Shown here one piece after another: positions 24,500 to 37,399 of a DNA stretch of 64,000 bases; within the stretch, counting starts at the first letter, position 1, and each line of letters opens with the position of its first letter. The translations under genes were made by a program, and so were the position numbers. This stretch comes from Octopus sinensis (taxonomy: Eukaryota): contig NC_042997.1 in NCBI RefSeq assembly GCF_006345805.1, positions 36,952,001 through 37,016,000 of the forward strand. Direction: 5' to 3'. Below the pieces are notes generated by a model that was not told the origin of the DNA, did not search any database, and worked only from the letters and a program-made list of their open reading frames with translations.

Positions 24500-25130
24500 T
24501 ATGGATTTGTAATTCAAAGTCGAAGCGGTTTGTGATGCTCTAAGCTATAAAACAAGTTCTAGACATAAGTAGCTCACGGTAAAATGAAATGGATGTATTC
24601 CAGAATGTAACTGGGAAGTGTTGGGCAAAATAAAGATAAAAAGAAACGGATTACGGATAAAACATGATAAGTTGCTGAGGCACAAAAAGGAACAAATACC
24701 ATAACTTGAAAGCTCAGGGGGAAGGGCGATAAGATGGTTCTTATAGTTAAAATAAGGAAATATTTGAGACTCAAAAGAGAGGTGAAAAGGTTTTCAGGGA
24801 GAGATAAAAAAGTTTCTTGGAAGTGAAAGATGATGAAGAATATAACTCCCTCTATGCAGAAGATAGCAGAAGAATCTGAAAAGCTTATGAAATAACAAAT
24901 GAGATTACTGGCAAAATAAAGACATCAAAAAGACTGCCTCTGTTTAGTATTGATGAGGAACAAATAACATCTGATATAAATATTCAAGAAAGATGGAATG
25001 ACCATTTTATTATTGTCATGAACAAAGCATATAAAAGGAGAAGCCCTCTGATAATTCCTAACCAACACGATCTGTAGATGTGCCTGTACATGAATATCTA
25101 TTGAGAGAAACCAATAGCTACTGAGCAATT
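24500..25130 (+). mobile_element. Highly decayed LINE (RTE-like) remnant
   Basis: Purine-rich degraded coding-like tract with KAYEITNEITGK at ~24882-24917, resembling an RTE ORF2 segment; no RT core motif recovered. Confidence 0.35.
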
Positions 25131-25779
25131 CAAAACGAAAAGCTCTTTAATTAGATAAAAGTGCAAGGCAACATCTAAACTTAGTTCAACACGTGACTGT
25201 ATAAACGTTATCGAAGCTTTTTCTTAATATAAAATAAATTGTACAATTACTCAGAAATTAAAAGATCTCTCATGTTTAGCACTACATCGGGCGGCCAGTA
25301 AAACGTATTTTCCTTAAATAACAGCGAATTACAGATCTTATACATTGGAGATTTCCTTACACTGATTTGCAGCCAGAGATTCTACTTGAAATTGAGGACC
25401 TAACCAAGATAAATAAGAACATAGATTTCTGACGTGCAACACATCCTGGCTACAACACATTTTGGTTTCAGCTGGTATAGAAGAAAATATATCGGGAAAG
25501 GGATTATAATGTTAGAACGAAGAGACTCATAGTTTGGGCCAATTTGGGGACAACGTAAGTGTAATTTATTTGAAGTTTACGGGTCATGGCTATTGCATCA
25601 GTGTAATAATAGGGCACGTGGGAATATATGTGAGTTAGATTTTAAGTAACCATTAGCCAACAGGAAAAATGCCTTATGAAAAACAGTAACGTTTTGCAAC
25701 TTCCAAAATCTTGAAAATTGTATAGTGTAGAGAACATGTCTTTCCATTGAATAACAGCTTTAAAAAACATTAAATGCAC

Positions 25780-26460
25780 AAACGAACGGAAAACAGAAAG
25801 AGAAACACGCCAAACCTTCTCAGTTATCGTTCAAATGACTAAGGCGATTTGGCACCTTCTAACGATAATATTGAACGCTTCTGTTGGAGCCGGGAGCAAG
25901 AGACCACCGGTTAAATAGCAAGCCAAAGAACAAGTGAACAAACCTGGCAGAAAGTGAACAAACTAAAAATAAACATATTTGCAATACAGAAAGTAAACAT
26001 ACAAATATGAAATAAATGTGATTCATTATGAAATTATTAGCAGACGGACAAAAGACAACGACAAAATCAAACAAGTCGAAATGTGGACATACAAAAAGAC
26101 TGAAATATATAAACAGAACAGCCTTAGCGCCAGACAGGAGGAGAAAAAAAAGGATGTTTAAAAGATTAGAAATAAAAGGACAACAAAGAGAGAGCGAAAC
26201 GTGTTGAAATTGAGAGACGAGAGAAAATACGACCAGTTGTTTGGGCGGTGGGCGTGGAAAGGAAAACAGAATAAAAGATGGCAATGACCACGTACACGTG
26301 TCAGTAGTAGTAGGAGAAAAGCGTTTGAGAGCATAGAGAGACAGAGAGAGAGAGAGCAGAGAGGGAAAGCTACAGAGAATGAGAGAGAGAAAGCAGAATA
26401 TGTGTATAGAGATGTATGAAATCGACACGAATGATTTAAATATTGGTCGCACATGCATAT
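25780..26460. repeat. Unclassified purine-rich interspersed repeat
   Basis: Strong strand purine bias and CACGT-type motifs, similar in character to 41350-41760 and 58372-60910; no coding homology recognised. Confidence 0.4.
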
Positions 26461-27197
26461 TGTATGATTTTGTTTATACGTCAATCTGCACCGGATACTA
26501 TATGGGAAAGCACCGTACACGACACTGAGTTATAAAGAACAATGAACGTCGCAGACTCAGCGAGACAACTCGTCCTGAGAAGGACTAGAATGATAGATAT
26601 CGATATGTATCTGTCGTTATAGCACCTCAGTAGCTGTCGTTATAGCACATTTACTTTATTCACCGTAAAACGAATTCCATCATTAGTGTGGAACATCAAG
26701 GGTGACAAATCGGCTATTTAAAATATTCATTCTAGATCGTAACCTGTCAAATCATTCAAAGCAAAACCAGCCACGGCAATATACATTAGGATAAGTCCTA
26801 CACAGAAATAAAGGCAGATACTTTAAACATGCATCACGGAAGAAAAAAATTAAACATCTTTTGATCGAGGCGTCGTTTCATCGTAACTGATCTGGGTTTA
26901 AAACACTATAAGAGTATCAGCGTGATTTAACTAGGTGTTGATATGGCTACACATGTTCTGACTATGTTTATATTTGGATGCAAAGATGATTGCTATTATT
27001 CGAATATTGATTTTTTACTTACATAACTATTTATGTTTACAGCCAATATTTTTTATTTAGCAAATTTTCGATAATATATATATTTGTTGTATTTATTGGA
27101 AAAATATATTTCTTTTATATTTCCGTTAGGTTATTATAGCACTAGCAGAGACAGTCAGCGTTGGTCGGGATTAATATGGCGGAGTTTTTTTTATTGT

Positions 27198-27230
27198 TTT
27201 ACTTGTTTCAGTCAGGTAACTGCGGCCATG
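27198..27230 (-). mobile_element. Short 3' remnant of an OK-type SINE
   Basis: acttgtttcagtca...actgcggccatg is the reverse complement of the tail of the 54334 SINE. Confidence 0.7.
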
Positions 27231-27249
27231 ACAGAACTTATGGGATAAC

Positions 27250-27306
<57 letters not shown>

Positions 27307-29219
27307 TTAAAAAACTCCTCTCTACACTGAGTTCCCGTGTTCGGTTCCAATGTACAATGTTTTGTTCACGTAAACTTATCAAAGCCTCTCACTGACCCAA
27401 AATTTATGACCGAATCCGTGTGGACAATCATTGTTTAGAAAATCTTCTATAACCAGCACCTGAAATTGAGAGACTCAGCCTTGTCACAGCTGTCCGTGAT
27501 TCTACTTGCATATTCTCAGCTGGTCCACGCGTTAATTCAATTCCTAGTTTGTGTAGTTCACCGAAAACAGATAGATATATGTCTAAATCATTCTCTTCGT
27601 CACAGACCATCATCATCATCATCATCATCCTCCTCCTCATCATCATCATCAACATCATCATCATCAACATGCAATATGGAATGCAATATCACACTACCTT
27701 TTTATAATGCGTTTTGTCCACGAATCATATCATTGTTTGGCTGGTGGAAAATCTTATAGGGAATATTATTCATTTGAGAACGATGAGCAGTTAGTTAATC
27801 CATGTGCAAAATAGTTGTATATACAATTCATATAAGAACTGTCAGTGAATATCAAATCGTTAGCCGCAGTCGATTTGTTTTACGTTTACTTTCTTCGTTC
27901 CTATATTCGCAACAAAGTAGAGGCGAATAACTTGGCCTTGCCATCGTAATATATAATGGAAAAAGTAGTACTCGCTTTTGAGCGTACTACCGAGATACAA
28001 TGAGATGTTATAGTTGATTTTTAATTTCAATATATGTCATTTGCTTATTTGCAGAGCACCAGCTTTAGGAAAGAAAAAATTGGCACCAAGGTCTAAAGAG
28101 GGGGCTTAATGGACGCTTTATCGATGTAGGTTAAAACAGACAACATCCTACCTCTAGAAAAAAGAAAAGGGTGTTCTATTAGATAGACGTGATGAGCTCA
28201 ATGACTGAATGGTTTAAGCTAGAATAACGCTGTTTGGTTACGTTGCAGTTGATCTGGCGCCAAGCAATAAGAGAAATATATAAATTGAAGCCGGTCAAAT
28301 CAATAAATTACTGCGCCCTTATTTTATGCGATAACAATACGTTTCCTGTTGCGATGTTATATAGAATCCATATAAAAGAAACCGTTCAATGGGTTTGTAA
28401 GTATTTAATCACATTATAGCTGCAACAAGATCTTACGAACCGGTATAAAATGCTGCAAGATCTCCGTTGAAGCACATACCACAGTAGGGAAGGTTATATC
28501 AGATAATTCAATTCCGGGAATACAGATTAACGTATGGTTATAACGAGAATGGCTTTTTAGATGTCTGGTATTTCAAGGTTCGATTGTGACAAAATGACAT
28601 ACACAACGATAAAGGACACACCAAAACTTATCATTTCATTGGTGTCAAATGTTCTTATAACCGCAACCGAGGAGATGCGCTAAAAATTAAGAAAATAATC
28701 TCTTTAAAAGTAGTTAAAGTTTCGTTATACAAAGCTTATCTATAACAATAAAGAGAAGAAATCGCGTTATTAGGATTTTATTTCTTCACATAATTTTTTT
28801 CGTATATTTTCGTAGAAAATAATCGATGTAACTTATATCATGAATGCTGTGCATCTTCATGGTGCCGTGTTTGTTGTAATATATTATATATTAAAACAGA
28901 CGCAAATATAATGCCGAAGGATATTTATCCATTTTTAAATTAATAAAGCAATGAATACATCAGTTCACTGAAAGGAGTTTAATGTAGTTTTCAAACACAG
29001 ATGATATTACAACATGATTTTTCTTTCTTGGCAATATATGGGCGCCCGTATGCCGGTTTGTGTTTATGAACATACATATATATGAGTGAGTGAATATATA
29101 GCAATATATATGTATATATGTCTATTATACAAATGAAAAAAATATATGTACACTTACACAAGTATGTGCACGTACGTGTCGGTGTATGTATATGACATAC
29201 ATACACACACATATACATA

Positions 29220-29388
29220 GATATAGATATAGACAGACAAACAGACACATAGATAGATAAATAGATAGGTGGATAGATAGAGATATAGATAGATAGATAG
29301 ATAGATAGATATATAGAGATAGATATATATAGATAAGTAGATAGATAGATAGATAGGTAGATAGGTAGATAGATAGACAGACAGACAT

Positions 29389-29461
<73 letters not shown>

Positions 29462-29470
29462 TATAGATAT

Positions 29471-29509
<39 letters not shown>
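29220..29509. repeat. (ATAG)n microsatellite
   Basis: Direct inspection. Confidence 0.97.
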
Positions 29510-29511
<2 letters not shown>

Positions 29512-29891
29512 CCTTCTGATAATAAAACCAATAATATTTAGAATATTTTTTCTATCCAATTAATATTATCTTACAATAAATAGAGTCGTAAGAGCCCAGA
29601 CTAAAATATATTTACCTTCTTCCTCAAATTATGATTTTAAAATACACCACAGTCACATTTTCGTTCATCTCGACGGTACTTGGTCATACAGTGAGAAAAG
29701 GACTTCGTTTCTCCTTATAAACACTCAGCAACCTAAATTTATGCCATGCTGCCTATGTTAGAAAATATTACGCAAGAAAAATTAGTTGAACGTACATTTT
29801 GCGTTTCGGAGAAAATAGTTTAAGGTATTTCTTCCTGCATCTTACATTCATTTACAAATGTTGGCGATGTCAAATATGTATTTTATCCAGT

Positions 29892-30275
29892 GGAGGCGCA
29901 ATGGCCCAGTTGTTAGGGCAGCGGACTCGCGGTCGTAGGATTGTGGTTTCGATTCCCAGACCGGGCATCGTGAGTGTTTATTGAGCGAAAACACCTAAAG
30001 CTTCACGAGGCTCCTGCAGGGGGTGGTGATGAACCCTGCTGTACTCTTTCACCACAACTTTCTGTCACTCTTTCTTCCTGTTTCTGTTGTACCTTTTTTT
30101 TTTCATAGGGCTAGTCTTGTCGCACTCTGTGTCACGCTGAATCTCCTCGAGAACTACGTTAAGGGTACACGTGTCTGTGGAGTGCTCAGCCACTTGCACG
30201 TTAATTCCACGAGCAAGCTGTTCCGTTGATCGTATCAGCTGGGACCCTCATCGTCGTAACCGACGGAGTGCTCCT
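29892..30275 (+). mobile_element. tRNA-derived SINE, full length
   Basis: GGAGGCGCAATGGCCCAGTTGTTAGG (A box) ... GGTTTCGATTCC (B box); body matches 30548-30930 in inverted orientation. Confidence 0.9.
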
Positions 30276-30547
30276 ACTATAAAGGAGAAAGAGAGAGAGA
30301 GAGTATTTTATCCGGGATTATAGAGTAAAAAAAATGAATAAATAAACCCAGTCCGATGCTATCTTTAGTATGATGAACTTATCCTTTTCCTCCTTTCAGG
30401 ATTCAGATGTCTTAGAAAAGTAGAGATTTAATTGATAATCTTTAACATAAGTAATTCATCCTATTCAACAGATGAATTGAAGTCAAATTTCTGATCCAAC
30501 TAGTGAGGCAGAGGAAAGAGCCGTACATACTACTATATTATCGCTAT

Positions 30548-30930
30548 TGTGGAATCACTGGGTCGGTTACGACGATGAGGGTTCCGGTTGATCCGAATCA
30601 ACGGAACAGCCTGCTCGTGAAATTTACGTGTAAGTGGCTGAGCACTCCACAGACACGTGTACCCTTAACGTATTTCTCGGGGATATTCAGCGTGACACAG
30701 AGAGTGACAAGGCCGGCCCTTTGAAATACAGGTACAACAGAAACAGGAAGTAAGAGTGAGAGAAAGTTGTGGTGAAAGAGTACAGCAGGGATCACCACCA
30801 TCCCCTGCCGGAGCCTCGTGGAGCTTTAGGTGCTTTCGCTCAATAAACACTCACAACCCGGTCTGGGAATCGAAACCGCGATCCTATGACCACGAGTCCG
30901 CTGCCCTAACCAGTGGGCCATTGCGCCTCC
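30548..30930 (-). mobile_element. tRNA-derived SINE, full length, inverted partner of 29892-30275
   Basis: Reverse complement starts GGAGGCGCAATGGCCCACTGGTTAGGGCAGCGGACTCG and is colinear with 29892-30275. Confidence 0.9.
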
Positions 30931-32266
30931 ACAACCCACGGTCGAAACACAACGGACGTTATCTCCACATGGCTATATAAACCAAATGCCGGTAGAAGAG
31001 TAAACTTCAGAAAAGACTGTCAGTGGTTGGATAGTTTTTGGAAGATGGGTTACGGATTGAATCTACTATTCAAGACGTAAATAGCCAGAACAAATATCAC
31101 GTGGTAGATAGTGCAGCACTGCAATAATCCATCCGATAAAACACAGTCGGTTGATATCTAATTATAATTGTCATGGAATGTACGAAAGATGAACCTAACT
31201 TTGGAAGGACTTGATATCACAGTGCAAATACACATTAATGACACCATACAGTTTGATTACGGAGAGCAGACTGGAACTTCGATGTCACAGACATTCACTT
31301 TCCTTGTAAAAATTGTTGGAATGTTGGAACTAGTTCAAATTGTCATTAGGTATTCTTTATTTCCTATGTTATAACCTTAAATGGGCAACAAAATATGCGT
31401 GGTTAACACTAATTTTACTGTTTTCTGCATATCCCAAAATGCAACACAAGTATTTCTTTAACAGCACTCACAATGTATGTATATATTTATGTATATATGC
31501 TTGTATGACGTATATATATTTATATATATATATATATATACATATATAATGTATACGTGTATATGTGTATTTATGTATATGTAGACAGACACACATATGA
31601 ATGTATGTATGTGTATGTAAATATCTATATATATATGTATGTATATATGTGTTGGTATGTTTGAATATGTATATACATGTTTCTGTTCGTGACTTTTTTT
31701 TAGAGAAAGACAAGACTAGAGAGACATTACTACACTTTACAACACTTACTATACCAGTTTACTTCGAAAAGATGTGGCACTGAAATGTATGATTTAAATT
31801 TTTTTCTACAGACAGTTGATAAGATTTATATATAGATTAGAAAGAACATATTTTTTCCTTCATTTCACTGTAGAACAATCGGATTCCACTTTTTTTTCCT
31901 GGCTAGGCAAACCATCAATTATCTAAACGAATAATATAGACCATCGCTATAATTTAACTTATGAGGCAAAGTTTTAATACAACAGTTATTTTGACGAATT
32001 TTCAATTATTTTATCTCTATATATGTATTGCTTTACTTCAACAATTTCTGTTTTTATTCGTTTCTATGTTTGTCTACGCTCCTAACGAGGAGATGATTAT
32101 ATATGGCAGCAGTATAATGTAACCGATATATTGTCCTTAGTATGTACGTACAAATACACACACAAACACACTATATACAAATGTATGTGTGTGTGTGCGT
32201 ATGAGTGTAGTTATGTTGTTACCTATACATATATATTTGCTTAAATATACATGTATATATTTGCGT

Positions 32267-32306
<40 letters not shown>

Positions 32307-32424
32307 TATATATATATATATATATATGTGTGTAAATACATACATATATATACATACGTATATACATATATATATATATATATAAATATGTATATGTATA
32401 TATATATTTATACACATATACATG

Positions 32425-32462
<38 letters not shown>

Positions 32463-32517
32463 TAGATAGATAGATAGATAGATAGACATATATATATATA
32501 CATACATACATAGATGC

Positions 32518-32645
<128 letters not shown>

Positions 32646-32649
32646 ATAT

Positions 32650-32687
<38 letters not shown>

Positions 32688-33454
32688 AATGCAGAACGTG
32701 AGTATATGTGCAGCTTGTATGTCTAACGTTTGACATATTACCCATAAAATATACGATAAAATTGATATACCTTGACCGATAGGAAATGCTATAATATTAT
32801 ACTTATTATGCAGCGATAGTTTCCTAACGTTTGTATGAAAATAATTTAATCTGAATATTAATATAGAAGCCGATTCTATGAATACAGAATCAGTGTTTAG
32901 TGTCCCTTTCTTTCGAGAAATGAATCTATCCTCTGTCCTGCACCCCTTCATGAAATTCATATAGTTAGTATTCATTTGCCTCTAAATTAAACTAATGTCG
33001 AATGGGATATTTCAGGAATGTACTTTTATCTATGATTTATGTGTAGAATAGTTGCTTATATTCACCTGAATCTCATTAAAGATCAGTGTCTTTCTCGGTA
33101 CATACCTGACGCTGTTTTATTATATATACATCGTTAGAAAATTATAATTTGGGAAACAAACGTGAACTATGCCATATTCGTACCTCATTTGTATATATTG
33201 TTTCTGTGTGTTAATCATATTGTATACAATCAAAGAAGCTATTACATGAATACAGGAACAGTCGAAATGAAAGATGTAAACATAGAGACAGGTAGAATAT
33301 GTGTGTCTATGCTATGTATGTAACTGCATTTGTACCTAAGCTTTTGCCTCCCCCTCATTCTCTCACTCTATCTCTCTCTATATTTATATGTATGTGCGTG
33401 TAGGTATATATACATATATAAATATATGTAGATGTATACAATAAGAATAAGGAT

Positions 33455-33460
33455 AATAAT

Positions 33461-33539
<79 letters not shown>

Positions 33540-33545
33540 GTAATA

Positions 33546-33620
<75 letters not shown>

Positions 33621-33621
33621 T
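33455..33621. repeat. (AAC)/(AAT)n microsatellite
   Basis: Direct inspection. Confidence 0.97.
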
Positions 33622-33830
33622 TCAGACAAATACATAACAAAAACACCAGGACTTACAAACACATATAACATACAGAAAATTGCACTACTAGGCACTGCAC
33701 ACATCCTACGCAGAACACTTTCCATACAATAACCATCAGAGCATCACAACAAATCACAGCACATACCCAAGGCACACAGAGCTGTGCTCGGTAGTGAAGT
33801 GAAAGCACGCTATAAAAATAAAACTACTGA
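33622..33830 (+). mobile_element. R4/Dong-like LINE 3' end embedded in (AAT)n
   Basis: SDKYITKTPGLTNTYNIQKIALLGTAHILRRTLSIQ* plus a 3' UTR, with (AAT)n on both sides. Confidence 0.85.
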
Positions 33831-34076
33831 ATAATAATAATAATAATAATAATAAATCGTGTTAACTGGAACGGCTCATGTACTGAGAAGAGCATTATCG
33901 CTGTGAAAACAACATCCATCCATGAATTTATTTATTTATTAATTTTTAGATACATATTTTATCTGTGAATTTTGCGCGTGTAATCTGGGAATGCATACAA
34001 TGAGCTTCTCTGCCCTAGGTGTATGGAAAACACTCGGCGAGAAACGGAAGAAAATTTGAAGAAAGAAGGAAAAAAC

Positions 34077-34078
<2 letters not shown>

Positions 34079-34143
<65 letters not shown>

Positions 34144-34156
34144 TAATAATAATAAT
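34079..34156. repeat. (AAT)n microsatellite
   Basis: Direct inspection. Confidence 0.97.
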
Positions 34157-34164
34157 ATGAAACG

Positions 34165-34330
34165 ACTGGAAAATGAAACCACTACATAGGTAATGCCTCA
34201 GAGAAATCGAAGTAAAAGACAAGATCGACATTTGGAAATGAGAGCAGGGCAAGCCCAAAATCCGCTCTGCTGGGGACAGCTAGGATTTTGATGGATGTTG
34301 AATGTCTCGCACGATAACTAACGACCAAAT
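34165..34330 (+). mobile_element. R4/Dong-like LINE 3' fragment
   Basis: KSALLGTARIL at 34258-34290 immediately after (AAT)n. Confidence 0.7.
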
Positions 34331-35039
34331 AGCAATGCTTATAAAATGTGGAAAGAGAAACTGTGAGATATCTGACAGTATATACCAGAACAAACAAGAC
34401 CGAACGTTCTGAGAAGTAAAACAATAATAATAGATATTATTATAAAGGAAATTGTTTCTGTGTGTTAATGATATTGTATACAATCAAAGAAGCTATCACA
34501 AGAATACAGGAACAGTTGAAATGAAAGACTAAATCTCAACAAGTACAGACGTAGGGGAAATACCAGATCGGATATCTAAGTAAGCCGATATATGGCAGTA
34601 ATCTATTGATTAACAATTTGGAATGTTATAGAGGTGGCTTTGATAATATTTAATTAGATAATATGATCACAATTGTGTGAATCAGGTATTGCAACTCTGA
34701 ACGATATTCATGGGTAAGAGGTTTGGATAGCGTGTTTCTTCTATTATTTAACTCGCGCAGCACAAATAAGGGTACCAAAGGGTTACTTACTTAGAGGAAC
34801 TGGAAAAGCACTGGTTAGGGTATGCAGGCTGCGACAGTTACATTAGATACTATCGCGATCGCTTATGCGTAATATTAGGTAAACCAGGAATTAAAATGAT
34901 TAGTTCCTTCAATATTGCATAGCATACAACTAATGTACAGGAGGTTATATAGTAAGAGCGGTTAGGAAATAATGGAAAAGTAGAATGGCAATAGAAGGAA
35001 TCAGGCGATTAAGCAGGGATCAACATAAGAGGGAGTATG

Positions 35040-35945
35040 CCGCAAGCCGACCTTCACTGGACGATACCTGAGTTTCAACTTCCTCCATCCATACAGTGTA
35101 AAGAGAAGGATTGCTCAGTGCCTAAGTAGCGATCGTGATACACACCACGAAGAAATGATCAAGGTTAATAACGATAGGTTAAGCAACAACTACACCAAAA
35201 GTATACTATCCATTCTAATTATGAAGAAGACAGAGGATGAGGCCAATAAACTGTCCACAATCTGTCTACTCTATGTGAAAGGCCACTCCGAAAAGATACA
35301 AAAGATATGCGGCCCTTATGACATCAGGACAGTATAGAACATTCGCAAATATCTCCTTCTAGTAAAACCACCAATAGAAGACAATATGAACAAAGACTGC
35401 GTGTAGTCCATCCCATTCAGATGTGGTAGTTTATGCAAAGCGAAACATGTCCCTTTCAAAATAAGAGTAGATAAACATAGCAAAGCTATGACAGATGGTG
35501 ATATTGATAAGTCGGGTATAGCTGATCATGTATGGAAAAATAGAGACCACCTCTCCCTGTGGGATGAGGTTAAAATAATAGATATAGAACGAACACCACT
35601 GGAAAATACAAAAAGCTAAAAGAAGCAGCACCTATGCTAGGACACAACAACTTCCTAAACAGATGGAGTGCAGCATTTGGGAACCGGTATTAAGGAAAGA
35701 TAGGAAAATATTTAATTGACTCCATAGAGTGCGAGCTACTAACCCCAAAATTCCGAGTTCGATTCCAAGCAGTGACCTGCACAATAACAATAATAATAAT
35801 AACTTCGAAAAATACTTCAAGAATGAGAACCCAGCTCAAAATTTCCCCAAGACACGTGAAGAAGGCTAGAGGTTAGATCAGCCGAACCGTTGTGTTAACA
35901 ACAAAGATGAGGACAAATATCCGTCAAATGTAACTAATGTAAACT
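35040..35945 (+). mobile_element. Penelope-like element 3' part (RT C-terminus, GIY-YIG endonuclease, 3' UTR)
   Basis: KPTFTGRYL.F..LHPYSVKR, LYVKGHSEKIQKICGPYDIRTV, CV*SIP.RCG, DIDKSGIADHVWK, WDEVKIID; the 3' UTR has a degenerate hammerhead-like motif. Confidence 0.88.
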
Positions 35946-37399
35946 TAATAACAGATAGCACAATACTACTACAACCGATATTTCCTGACGCTTTATTTAT
36001 GAAGGTGATAATTCTTTTCCAGGTACATATGTTCTCATATTACAAGTGATCTCCACTATATCATATAAAATATTCGTATATGTATCAACATTCAACATCT
36101 TTTTCCTTCACCAGATTAAATAATCGCACAAAACACTCCAATTCAACATCGTTAGAACTAATCATTTGCTTTCCTTCATACCTCACAACATTCAACCTAT
36201 TTCCACAGAAAACCCCTAAATTCTGTAATAATTCTGGCCGTCATAACTAGCGAATCCTAAACCCTGACCCCATACGTAATTGTTTATGCATTTATGCTTT
36301 TCTTCCCTTTTTACTCTTTATATTTTTAGCTTTTCCTTATAGTTTTAGATTTTTTTCTTTATTTTTATCTTTACTTTATCTTCGTCTCTCTCCCAGCTGC
36401 CCACGTTCCTATGTCTAGTAAAATGAAATACGCATTTTAATCACCTACGGAAGAAACCTCAGGAAGAAACGTCTAGCTGGCTCCTATTTCACCGGCAACG
36501 CTGATCATAAATATCATAAAACACCCTCTCAGAAACTAAATTTGTAACCTAATTCTACCCCGCAGTGTCCACAACAGCTAATTTTGTTCATCATTCACTC
36601 ATTTCATGGTAAGCATCCACAGACTACAGCCACATCTCTACTGTATTCTTCAGATATTCTTTTGTTTTTGAAATTATGTTTCATCTGATGATTACGGTTT
36701 TTTGCAATGAAGTTATGTTCTCCTTCCTCTATTATAGGTTTTTGCAGTCATATTCGTACGTTTGTCTTTCAACTTGATAATCAGGTCATTCAATGTCACA
36801 AAACAAAACTAGCGCTGTGTGTTTAATCATTCAAATTCGTATTTCGATCATTCAATTTTGCACTTCGTTCAAAGAATTTAGTATTTACAACATTCAAAAT
36901 TGAAATGCCCGTCGAGAACATTCAAATTAGTTGGAATGCGAGGAAACGTTTTTCGAGCATTCAAATTCGTTTCGGAGCAATCTATTTAACACTTCGAGCT
37001 ATCAAATTAGTACGATAGCTGATTTGTTTTTATCTCATAATCATTGTTATCATATTCACGTGTCTTCATGTATTGTTTTTGCTTTAAGCACTCTATCGTA
37101 CCCATGTCTTATCCATGTATTCTTTTATTTTTGTATAGGTACATGTATTTATTGCTAAAGACTTCATGAAATCGCCTTCCAGTTTTCTAAGTCTTTTTAA
37201 AGAATCTTACAATAACAATAAATGCTCATTTTCTTTGATTTTGAATGCATTATGTTGTGATATGTGTTCTTGTTGGGAAAACTGTTCTTGTTGGGAAAAG
37301 TATATATTTCTTTGATTTTGTATTTTTTTTTCTTTTTGGGTTGTTATGTACTCTAAGATAATTATTGATTTACAGTCTTGATAAGGAGAAATCGTCTGA

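Noticed and set aside
36002-36030. ttcttttccag|gtacat as a recursive splice site
   Set aside because: The donor half is weak and such motifs are expected by chance in 64 kb of AT-rich DNA.
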